From NCBI GenBank assembly GCA_947646115.1, contig CANSFH010000001.1:15587-79586 (forward strand): a DNA stretch of 64,000 bases, written 5' to 3'. The notes below the pieces were generated by a model that was not told the origin of the DNA, did no database searches, and worked only from the letters and a program-made list of their open reading frames with translations. This DNA is from an uncultured Mycoplasma sp. (lineage in GTDB: Bacteria > Bacillota_I > Bacilli_A > RF39 > UBA660). Within the stretch, counting starts at the first letter, position 1. Each line of letters opens with the position of its first letter. Positions 57,310-64,000 of this stretch are shown here, one piece after another. A program made the translations under genes and the position numbers.

Positions 57310-57820
57310 ATGTAAAATGGGTATTTGTCTTGCGAATGACTCTTGTGTTTGAATTAAAAGAAACTTCTCTTAAAGCTTCCTTTAATTCAGGAGTAATATT
57401 TGTTTCAGGGTCTTTTAAAATTAAATCGAGAGGTACTTTTATTTCTGGTATTAGTTCACCACTATATTGACCTTCTCCGCTCCAGCTTTCTGCAATAATT
57501 GCATCAGGAATATCATATTCACAAATACGTACACCACGATTAGAAAAGAAAGTACTATGGCAATCAATACAACGAAAAGTTTTTACAGCATCCCAAGGTG
57601 ATGTAAAAAAATACATTCCAGGTCCTATTCCTTGTTGCCAAACGTGATATCCTAACATAGGATCAGTTGTAATAGATAAATATGGCCAATGTTGAGACTT
57701 ATTAATATATCCTAAATCATATAACAAATCCTCTGTAGTTAATCCATCTTGTAAATTAATACCTCCTCTTTCAAAAAAATAACCCCATTGGTCAGGAATA
57801 ATACGATATAATAGTGCCAT
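57287..57820 (-). CDS. hypothetical protein (177 aa), orphan
   Basis: ATG start with an AAAGGAG RBS. Driven by the consensus promoter at 57844-57872. No family recognised. Confidence 0.5.
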   Translation of the reverse strand: MALLYRIIPDQWGYFFERGGINLQDGLTTEDLLYDLGYINKSQHWPYLSITTDPMLGYHVWQQGIGPGMYFFTSPWDAVKTFRCIDCHSTFFSNRGVRICEYDIPDAIIAESWSGEGQYSGELIPEIKVPLDLILKDPETNITPELKEALREVSFNSNTRVIRKTNTHFTFVSKRYN

Positions 57821-57843
57821 AAATAACTCCTTTTTGCTTGGTT

Positions 57844-57872
57844 ATTATAATTAATAATATTTATTTTGTCAA
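57844..57872 (-). promoter_or_regulatory. consensus sigma-A promoter of the 177-aa gene
   Basis: Minus strand: TTGACA (57867-57872), 17-nt spacer, TATAAT (57844-57849). Confidence 0.7.
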
Positions 57873-57936
57873 TTTAAAATTTAAAAAGATGATTTCTAAT
57901 AAATTTCAAATCTTAAATTATTTTTTAGTTTAATAA

Positions 57937-57980
57937 AAAAATACTCGGGTCTTATAAAAGGTTCCTGAGTACTTCTCGAT
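57937..57980 (-). terminator. ppdK terminator = hairpin repeat copy C
   Basis: Stem ACTCGGG/CCTGAGT (one G-U pair), 14-nt loop, U7 run on the minus strand. The sequence is related to copies A and B (ATATTG...GTACTCAGGAAxCTT...). Confidence 0.65.
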
Positions 57981-58003
57981 ATCACAATATCAAAATTTTA
58001 TTA

Positions 58004-60631
58004 CTATTGATTTATCTTTATTTTTGCTTTTGCCGCTGCTATTCTAGATATTGGGATACGATATGGGGAGCATGATACATAATCAAGGCCAACACTTTCG
58101 CAAAATGCAACACTTGCAGGGTCACCACCATGTTCACCGCAAATTCCAAGGTGAATATTAGGTCTTGTTTTTCTTCCTTTTAGAACTGCAATTCTTACTA
58201 ATTCGCCAACACCTTTAGTATCTATTTTTGTAAATGGATCAAATTCAAAAATATTATTTTTATAATAGTCTTGTAAAAATTTGCCAGCATCATCACGCGA
58301 GAATCCATAATTTAATTGAGTTAAATCATTAGTACCAAATGAGAAAAATTCAGCATGTTTTGCTATTTCATCGGCAAGTAAAGCTGCACGTGGCACTTCA
58401 ATCATTGTTCCGACTTTATATTTTAACTTGCTATTGCTTTCTTTTATTATAGCATCGGCTGTCTCGGTAATTATATTTTTAACAAATAACATTTCTTTTT
58501 CATCACCTATTAAAGGAATCATAAGTTCTGGTTTAACTTTTAACCCTGTTTTTTCAACATTAATGGCCGCTTCAATTATAGCTCTAGTTTGCATACGAGC
58601 AATTTCAGGATAAGTTATAGCTAGACGGCAACCACGATGTCCCATCATAGGATTAAATTCCTTAAGAGATGCAATGTGCTTTTTTAAATCCGCGAATTTT
58701 ATCTTTAAACTATCAGCTAATAATTTAATTTCTTCATCAGTATGGGGTAAAAATTCATGTAAAGGTGGGTCTAAATAACGAATTGTAATGGTAAATGGCG
58801 ACATTATTTTAAATAAGGCTTCAAAGTCACTTCTTTGATATGGAAGAATATCTGCTAATGCCTTTTCTCTTTGTTCAGTAGTTTCTGATACAATCATTTT
58901 ACGGAAATTAAAGATTCTTTCTTCATTAAAGAACATATGCTCTGTACGACATAAGCCTATCCCTTCGGCACCAAACTTTTTTGCTGTTTCAGCATCTTTA
59001 GGGTTATCAGCATTGGCTCTAACTTCTAATCTTCTAATATCATCACACCATGACATAAATGTTGCAAAATCGCCATTTATATTGGGTTCTTCAGTTTTAA
59101 TTATGCTATCGTATACTTTGCCTGTTGCTCCGTCTAGGCTAATTTCATCTCCTTCGTGATAAATTTTGCCAGTGCTAGTAGTTAAAGTTTTAGCTTCTTC
59201 ATTTATTGATAATTCTCCACATCCAGAAACACAACATATTCCCATACCACGAGCTACAACAGCCGCATGACTAGTCATTCCACCGCGAATTGTTAAAACG
59301 CCTTCAGCATGATGCATTCCTTCGATATCTTCTGGAGAAGTTTCAAGACGTACTAAAATAGTTTTTTCTCCCTCTTTATGATGCTCTATAACTTCATTTG
59401 CAGTAAAATAAATTTTACCAGCAGCCGCACCAGGAGATGCAGCAAGTCCACTAGCAATCACAGTGCCATTATATAAAGATTCTGTATTAAATGATGGATG
59501 AAGTAGACTATCTAGACTTTTAGCGTCAAAGCGCATTATAGCTTCTTCCTTGGTAATCATATTTTCTTTTACCATATCAACAGCTATTTTTAAAGCAGCA
59601 GTCGCAGTTCTTTTACCATTTCTAGTTTGAAGCATATATAATTTACCGTTATCAATTGTAAATTCCATATCTTGCATATCACGATAGTGTTCTTCAAGCA
59701 TTTTAGCATATTTAGAAAATTCATTATAGATATTTGGCATGATACTTTCTAATTTAGAAATAGGTTCTGGTGTACGAATACCAGCCACAACATCTTCTCC
59801 TTGAGCGTTTATTAAATATTCACCATAAAGTTTATTCTCTCCTGTAGCAGGATTTCTAGTGAATGCTACTCCTGTTCCACTGTTTTCTCCATTATTTCCA
59901 TAAACCATTTCTTGAACATTAACAGCAGTTCCCCAAGATGAGGGAATATCATTAAGCTTACGATAATAAATAGCTCTTTCGTTATTCCAACTGCGGAATA
60001 CAGCCATTATAGTTTCAATTAATTGGATACGAGGGTCACTTGGGAAATCTTCTCCTACAACCTCTTTATATATTTTTTTAAAGTCGTTAGTTAAATTAAA
60101 CATATCATTTTCATCTAAATCCAAATCTGATTTAAAACCTTTAGATTCTTTGTACTTATCTAGATGTTCTTCAAAATTAGATTTAGAATGTCCTTTTACA
60201 ACATCAGCATACATCATAACTAAACGACGATATGAATCATAAACGAATCTTTTATTATTTGTAGATAAAGCAAAATTTTCTGCGACTTCATCGTTTAAAC
60301 CTAAATTTAGAACTGTGTCCATCATACCAGGCATACTAGCTCGGGCGCCACTTCTAACACTTAAAAGCAAATGATTATCTTTAGAACCAAACTTTTTACC
60401 AGTTATGCTTTCTAATTCACTTAATTTAGCAAATATTTCTTCTTTGATAGTTTCGGCCATTGTTTCGTTGTCTTCATAATATTTATTACAAGCTTCAGTT
60501 GTAACTGTAAATCCACTGGGAACAGGTAATCCAATAGAAGTCATTTCTGCTAAATTAGCCCCTTTACCTCCAAGTAATTCTTTCATATCTTTATTACCTT
60601 CATTAAAAAGGTAAACATATTTCTTTTCCAT
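58004..60631 (-). CDS. ppdK: pyruvate, phosphate dikinase
   Basis: 875 aa. N-terminal ATP-grasp (GGKGANLAEM), the phosphohistidine motif GGMTSHAAVVARG, and a C-terminal PEP-utilising TIM barrel (GICGEHGGDP). Confidence 0.93.
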   Translation of the reverse strand: MEKKYVYLFNEGNKDMKELLGGKGANLAEMTSIGLPVPSGFTVTTEACNKYYEDNETMAETIKEEIFAKLSELESITGKKFGSKDNHLLLSVRSGARASMPGMMDTVLNLGLNDEVAENFALSTNNKRFVYDSYRRLVMMYADVVKGHSKSNFEEHLDKYKESKGFKSDLDLDENDMFNLTNDFKKIYKEVVGEDFPSDPRIQLIETIMAVFRSWNNERAIYYRKLNDIPSSWGTAVNVQEMVYGNNGENSGTGVAFTRNPATGENKLYGEYLINAQGEDVVAGIRTPEPISKLESIMPNIYNEFSKYAKMLEEHYRDMQDMEFTIDNGKLYMLQTRNGKRTATAALKIAVDMVKENMITKEEAIMRFDAKSLDSLLHPSFNTESLYNGTVIASGLAASPGAAAGKIYFTANEVIEHHKEGEKTILVRLETSPEDIEGMHHAEGVLTIRGGMTSHAAVVARGMGICCVSGCGELSINEEAKTLTTSTGKIYHEGDEISLDGATGKVYDSIIKTEEPNINGDFATFMSWCDDIRRLEVRANADNPKDAETAKKFGAEGIGLCRTEHMFFNEERIFNFRKMIVSETTEQREKALADILPYQRSDFEALFKIMSPFTITIRYLDPPLHEFLPHTDEEIKLLADSLKIKFADLKKHIASLKEFNPMMGHRGCRLAITYPEIARMQTRAIIEAAINVEKTGLKVKPELMIPLIGDEKEMLFVKNIITETADAIIKESNSKLKYKVGTMIEVPRAALLADEIAKHAEFFSFGTNDLTQLNYGFSRDDAGKFLQDYYKNNIFEFDPFTKIDTKGVGELVRIAVLKGRKTRPNIHLGICGEHGGDPASVAFCESVGLDYVSCSPYRIPISRIAAAKAKIKINQ

Positions 60632-60658
60632 AATAAATCTCCTTTAGTCTTTAATATT

Positions 60659-60687
60659 ATTATAACAAACCCCTATTATTTTAACAA
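60659..60687 (-). promoter_or_regulatory. sigma-A promoter of ppdK
   Basis: Minus strand: TTGTTA (60682-60687), 17-nt spacer ending in TGt, TATAAT (60659-60664), which is an extended -10. Confidence 0.6.
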
Positions 60688-60715
60688 TTAATGTTACATC
60701 ACTTGACAAAAGTTA

Positions 60716-60746
60716 GAAAAAATACAACTTATTAGGTTGTATTTTT
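60716..60746 (-). terminator. terminator after the RHH gene (A/T flanked, bidirectional shape)
   Basis: ATACAAC/GTTGTAT 7-bp stem with a 7-nt loop and U-runs on both strands. Confidence 0.7.
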
Positions 60747-60754
60747 ATGATATA

Positions 60755-60922
60755 TTATTTTTCCATATTATCTAAAGCATAATTACAAGCATCAATAACA
60801 AACTGGGAGAATGTTATTTTTTTAGCAGTGACTTTATTAATTTTATTAATTAGTTCTTTAGGAAATCTTATACACTTATTATTGGTTTCTTCTTTTGTTT
60901 TTTCTTCTATTTTAAACTTCAT
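60755..60922 (-). CDS. 55-aa ribbon-helix-helix-like (CopG/Arc-type) protein
   Basis: Below the ORF-track cutoff. Own translation: MKFKIEEKTKEETNNKCIRFPKELINKINKVTAKKITFSQFVIDACNYALDNMEK. It shows the beta-strand (IRFPKEL), helix, helix pattern. A GGAG RBS precedes it, and it starts 9 nt after the surface-protein stop. Confidence 0.5.
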   Translation of the reverse strand: MKFKIEEKTKEETNNKCIRFPKELINKINKVTAKKITFSQFVIDACNYALDNMEK

Positions 60923-60930
60923 TAGAACTC

Positions 60931-62301
60931 CTACTGTACTATATAAGGGTCAGAGGCTGTGCCCTTTCCTGTTAATTTAACATCAGCTTTTAGATTTATT
61001 ACTGGGCGCACACCATATCCGCTGGTCGTCACGCTGCCATAGGTTAATCTGCCTTCCGAACCAGTCACAACGTACATGGCAGCAGGATACGAGCTGCTGC
61101 TATCATAGCGATTCGGAGACATTGTCCAGTAGCTTTTACCTGTGTATAAGTAATAACTTGAGTTTGAGGTTACTAGTGCATCACTTAATCCTCCTGCCAT
61201 TGCTACTTCATCTGCTGTTATTAAGCCTATGGGATATGTTAAGCTTTTATTTCCTTTTACAGACCACCCAGTCATAGTATAAAAATCTTCTGTTGGACAT
61301 GTTAGTACAGGAGCTTTATTTCTAAATAACCTTATATATACTCCATAGTATGTTGCGGTTTTTCCTGTTCCTCCACCACTTGTTGCATCTTCGCATTTAA
61401 AATCACTACATATATAAGGGGTTCTATCGCCACAGAATCCTGCATATATATCTATTTTACTAGCATAACTTGCTAAGTTTGTTGTATACCATGTATTTAA
61501 TTGTTTTAATATTGTTGATTCTGTTCCTAATCCGTGTACTTGGCCACTTGTATATCTGAATCCTACATACATATTATTGCTATTTGTAGTATTAAATGCA
61601 CTTGTTTCTACTGTTAAGGTGGTACCATTTGCTCTTGCTGTTTCTCCATCATAGATTATTCTTATTGTTCCATCTCCATTAATCCTGATTATTCGCCAGA
61701 ATTTATTAGCAAACTTTACATAATTGTTAGTTACGGCTCCCCTCCAGTAATAACTATCATTTCCTGATTCATCTTTTGCTTTATATACCCCCTCATCGGT
61801 GGTTGCTACTTTACTAAAGTTCGGTGTTCCTGTCTTCACTGTTATATTTTTTAATATTCCATTACTTCCTTCAATAATAGATCCTCCAATAATAGATCCT
61901 CTATCAAAATAAACATAACACTTACTTCCTCTTTGTAAATCAATCATTACATGTTCCCATTCACTATTTGTATATAGTCTAGCTCCTGGATCTTTTGTGT
62001 TATTTATATTGCAATAACTTTTACTTTCATTTATTGCATAACCAATTCCAGGCATTTTTGTTATTGCATCATAACAACTACTTTCTGTACATGTTTGATC
62101 TGCCTTTTGCTGATACATTGCTATAATTTCAAAATCTGACAATGAATAATCTATTGTGCCACTTACTATTGTCATATTCTTAACTGTTTGATATTTGGCA
62201 AAACTTAGTTGCACTATGAAAACTATAGCTATTATTACTAATACTATTACTCCGATTATTATTTCTTTTTTATGACTTTTTCTTATTACTTCAAATTGCA
62301 T
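60931..62301 (-). CDS. N-terminally anchored surface protein, paralog family member 2 (G+C-enriched)
   Basis: 456 aa. TM anchor IIIGVIVLVIIAIVFIV, then YYWRGAVTNNYVKFANKFWRIIRINGDGTIRII, GLITADEVAMAGG, YWTMSP, and GVRPVINL...GKGTASDPY. Homologous to the 17668..18903 gene. Confidence 0.6.
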   Translation of the reverse strand: MQFEVIRKSHKKEIIIGVIVLVIIAIVFIVQLSFAKYQTVKNMTIVSGTIDYSLSDFEIIAMYQQKADQTCTESSCYDAITKMPGIGYAINESKSYCNINNTKDPGARLYTNSEWEHVMIDLQRGSKCYVYFDRGSIIGGSIIEGSNGILKNITVKTGTPNFSKVATTDEGVYKAKDESGNDSYYWRGAVTNNYVKFANKFWRIIRINGDGTIRIIYDGETARANGTTLTVETSAFNTTNSNNMYVGFRYTSGQVHGLGTESTILKQLNTWYTTNLASYASKIDIYAGFCGDRTPYICSDFKCEDATSGGGTGKTATYYGVYIRLFRNKAPVLTCPTEDFYTMTGWSVKGNKSLTYPIGLITADEVAMAGGLSDALVTSNSSYYLYTGKSYWTMSPNRYDSSSSYPAAMYVVTGSEGRLTYGSVTTSGYGVRPVINLKADVKLTGKGTASDPYIVQ

Positions 62302-62333
62302 TATTTATCCCTTCCTTACAAAGTTCTAAATAA

Positions 62334-62343
62334 TGAGCGCTCA
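62334..62343. promoter_or_regulatory. 10-bp perfect palindrome TGAGCGCTCA abutting a TATAAT box (candidate operator)
   Basis: On the minus strand TATAAT (62344-62349) is followed immediately by TGAGCGCTCA. This is G+C-rich for the region and lies in the divergent XRE/surface-protein intergenic space. Confidence 0.35.
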
Positions 62344-62476
62344 ATTATATTAGAATTTTATCATTTACATTATTATTATATATCTTGGGTATACTAAAGT
62401 CAAGAAAAAGTATGCTATTTCCGACATTTATTTTATTACTATAAGTTAAATGAGAAAATACATATAGGTGGAGAAT

Positions 62477-62914
62477 ATGTTAAATATTAAAATTAAGGAA
62501 ATAAGAAACGAGTTAAATAGAAGTCAAGCAGAAATGGCGGAATTATTAAATGTTAGTCGTAGTAGCTATGCTATGTGGGAAAGTGGAAATGATATAATTC
62601 CAATAAAAAGGCTAATACAATTTTGTGAAATTTTTGATATTTCTATGAATTATGTATTAGGAATAACAGGCGATAATTATTTTAATAATACTAAATTTAA
62701 TTTAGAAATAAGTGGCGAAAGAATTAAACAATTTAGAATTAGCAATAAGCTAACGCAAGAGAAATTAGCTATTATATTAAATACTAACAAAGCAGTAATA
62801 TGCGGATATGAAAAAGGTAGAAACTTAATTGCCACTCCATTTTTATATACGATATGCAAAGAATTTAATGTTTCTGCGGATTATCTTCTGGGTAGAATTG
62901 AAAAAGAAAATTGA
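62477..62914 (+). CDS. tandem-HTH XRE-family regulator
   Basis: Two Cro/C1 HTH domains (IKEIRNELNRSQAEMAELLNVSRSSYAMWESG and IKQFRISNKLTQEKLAIILNTNKAVICGYEKG). ATG at 62477 after an AGGTGGAG RBS; the tracked ORF starts at a GTG at 62468. Confidence 0.7.
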   Translation: MLNIKIKEIRNELNRSQAEMAELLNVSRSSYAMWESGNDIIPIKRLIQFCEIFDISMNYVLGITGDNYFNNTKFNLEISGERIKQFRISNKLTQEKLAIILNTNKAVICGYEKGRNLIATPFLYTICKEFNVSADYLLGRIEKEN

Positions 62915-62938
62915 TAGTTTTTAGGCTATCAATTTTTT
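62910..62938. terminator. bidirectional terminator between the XRE gene and nrnA
   Basis: ATTGATAG/CTATCAAT 8-bp stem with an 8-nt loop. T6 on the plus strand and a U-rich tail on the minus strand. The XRE stop lies in the stem. Confidence 0.65.
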
Positions 62939-63920
62939 AATCTATATTGCTTATACTTGCTCTTTTATATTCCTCACATAAAGTATCTAAGTCTTTAATA
63001 AAATTATTTATTTCTTCTTCGCTGTGCAGTCTAGCACCACTCGCATATTTATGGCCTCCACCATTATATTTTGCGGCAGTTGTATTAACTATAGGGCCAC
63101 GTGATCTAATGCTTACTTTATACCCTTTATTTTTAGCGTCTTCAGTAATAAATGTCCAGGCTACTACTTCTTTAATAAAATTAAAACTATTAATAAGGTT
63201 AGATGGAGTTGCAAGATCAACTTCAAATTCTTTAATTATTTCATGAGGTATAACCATATATCCGAGGCCATTTTCGGTAACAATCATATTATTAGCTAAA
63301 TAACCTTGAAATTTTACTTCATTAATATTTCTTTCATATAAATATGTATATAAAGAGGTAAATTCTATTTTGCTTTTTTCTAAAAGTTCACTTACTACCC
63401 TAAATGTTTTAGGAGTAGTATAAGAAAGTAAAAAGCGATCACTATCAGAAACAATTCCTAAATACAAATTACCTGCGATTTTAGAATCTAATTTAAGTGG
63501 GCTATTCATGATTAATTCGGCAATCATTTGACAAGTAGAACAAGAAGTATCATCTGTCCAATCAACAGGCCCTTTTATATCTTCTGCGGGATGATGATCA
63601 ATTTTTAATATTTCTTTATACTCTAATCCTGATATACCATCTACTCGATGAAGATTAGGAACATCTAAAACAATTAGTAAACAATTCTTAAATCTTTCAT
63701 TATCTATTTTATCTAAAATGCCATAATATTTAAACTTTGAAACTCCTAGGCCAATTGCTACTGTTTCTTTATTAGGAAAAGTAAGTTTAATCGAATCCCT
63801 TAATGCTATTTCACTTGCTATAGCATCAGGATCAGGTCCAACATGACGAGCAATAACTATTTGATCATATTCCTTAATTTTACGATATATTTTTTTTATT
63901 ACATTATTGATAATAAACAT
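62937..63920 (-). CDS. nrnA: DHH/DHHA1 phosphoesterase (NrnA-type oligoribonuclease / pAp phosphatase)
   Basis: 327 aa with HVGPDPDAIAS, DVPN, IDHHP and GGGHKYASGA. Confidence 0.85.
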   Translation of the reverse strand: MFIINNVIKKIYRKIKEYDQIVIARHVGPDPDAIASEIALRDSIKLTFPNKETVAIGLGVSKFKYYGILDKIDNERFKNCLLIVLDVPNLHRVDGISGLEYKEILKIDHHPAEDIKGPVDWTDDTSCSTCQMIAELIMNSPLKLDSKIAGNLYLGIVSDSDRFLLSYTTPKTFRVVSELLEKSKIEFTSLYTYLYERNINEVKFQGYLANNMIVTENGLGYMVIPHEIIKEFEVDLATPSNLINSFNFIKEVVAWTFITEDAKNKGYKVSIRSRGPIVNTTAAKYNGGGHKYASGARLHSEEEINNFIKDLDTLCEEYKRASISNID

Positions 63921-63923
63921 CCC

Positions 63924-64000
63924 CTATTTGATAAGGTCATATGTATCTAGTGCAATCATTAATTCTTCATTAGTTGGTATAACGTAAATTGGAACTTTAG
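63924..64000 (-). CDS. ackA: acetate kinase, C-terminal end only (5' part outside window)
   Basis: Own translation: ...KVPIYVIPTNEELMIALDTYDLIK, stop. The VIPTNEELMIA motif is typical of the AckA C-terminus. Confidence 0.6.
   Translation of the reverse strand, partial: KVPIYVIPTNEELMIALDTYDLIK

Noticed and set aside
53289-57980. Integron-like gene-cassette array, with the hairpin repeats acting as attC-like sites
   Set aside because: There is no integrase or attI nearby. There are only three copies, and each hairpin is followed by a U-run and works as an ordinary intrinsic terminator. The idea is kept only as a repeat-family observation.
1-64000. Possibility of genetic code 4 (UGA = Trp), given the Mollicutes-like AT content
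   Set aside because: All housekeeping ORFs are full length under the standard code, and TGA serves as a genuine stop, for example at recD2 (12918-12920) and the XRE gene (62912-62914).
1-64000. CRISPR arrays, IS elements/transposases, integrases, prophage structural genes, rRNA operons
   Set aside because: On reading the window I saw no regularly spaced direct repeats, no DDE or serine/tyrosine recombinase-like ORFs, and no rRNA-like G+C-rich blocks. The only repeats found are the three hairpin copies and the paralogous surface-protein genes.

Overview
64-kb chromosomal segment of a very AT-rich Bacillota-type genome with a cell wall. It uses the standard genetic code: TGA is a stop (for example recD2), and all housekeeping ORFs are intact under code 11. 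All but four CDS lie on the minus strand, so this is probably the leading strand. The backbone is ordinary and largely syntenic with Bacillus-like genomes: ruvA-(HAD)-ruvB, tRNA-Arg(CCG), mtgA, cdsA-rseP, rpsP-khpA, recD2, mtaB, a CIRCE-controlled hrcA-grpE-dnaK-(pepF)-dnaJ operon, topA, ltaS, rbgA-rnhB, rplS-lepB, greA, the yrrK-to-yrrO block (ruvX, DUF1292, mltG, O-methyltransferase, two U32 genes), rdgB, an ABC-F ATPase, ppdK, nrnA and the 3' end of ackA. Five accessory patches interrupt it. (a) 5.8-11.0 kb: a MacB/FtsX-type ABC transporter, two secreted orphan proteins and a membrane-anchored XRE regulator. (b) 26.2-30.2 kb: three orphan envelope or unknown genes, one a SleB-like hydrolase carrying a G10 tract in its conserved motif. 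(c) 39.9-41.1 kb: an Abi-alpha-like gene and a decayed rhuM relic inserted between rbgA and a Nudix/DUF5680/UDG trio. (d) 53.1-57.9 kb: a decaying island holding a disrupted AbiD/F-type gene bracketed by 45-nt hairpin repeats, an XRE-DUF2975 fusion and several orphan or broken ORFs with consensus promoters. (e) 60.7-62.9 kb: a G+C-enriched module (tandem-HTH XRE, large surface protein, RHH protein) whose surface protein is a paralog of one at 17.7-18.9 kb. I found no CRISPR array, transposase, integrase, rRNA or clear riboswitch. I cannot point to one demonstrably novel system. The best leads are the hairpin-repeat-bracketed Abi cassette and island (d), the G10 contingency-like tract, the leader-peptide-controlled ABC-F gene, the Gre-factor paralog lacking the acidic tip, and the surface-protein family with its regulator module. 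All family assignments rest on motif recognition by eye, not on database searches.
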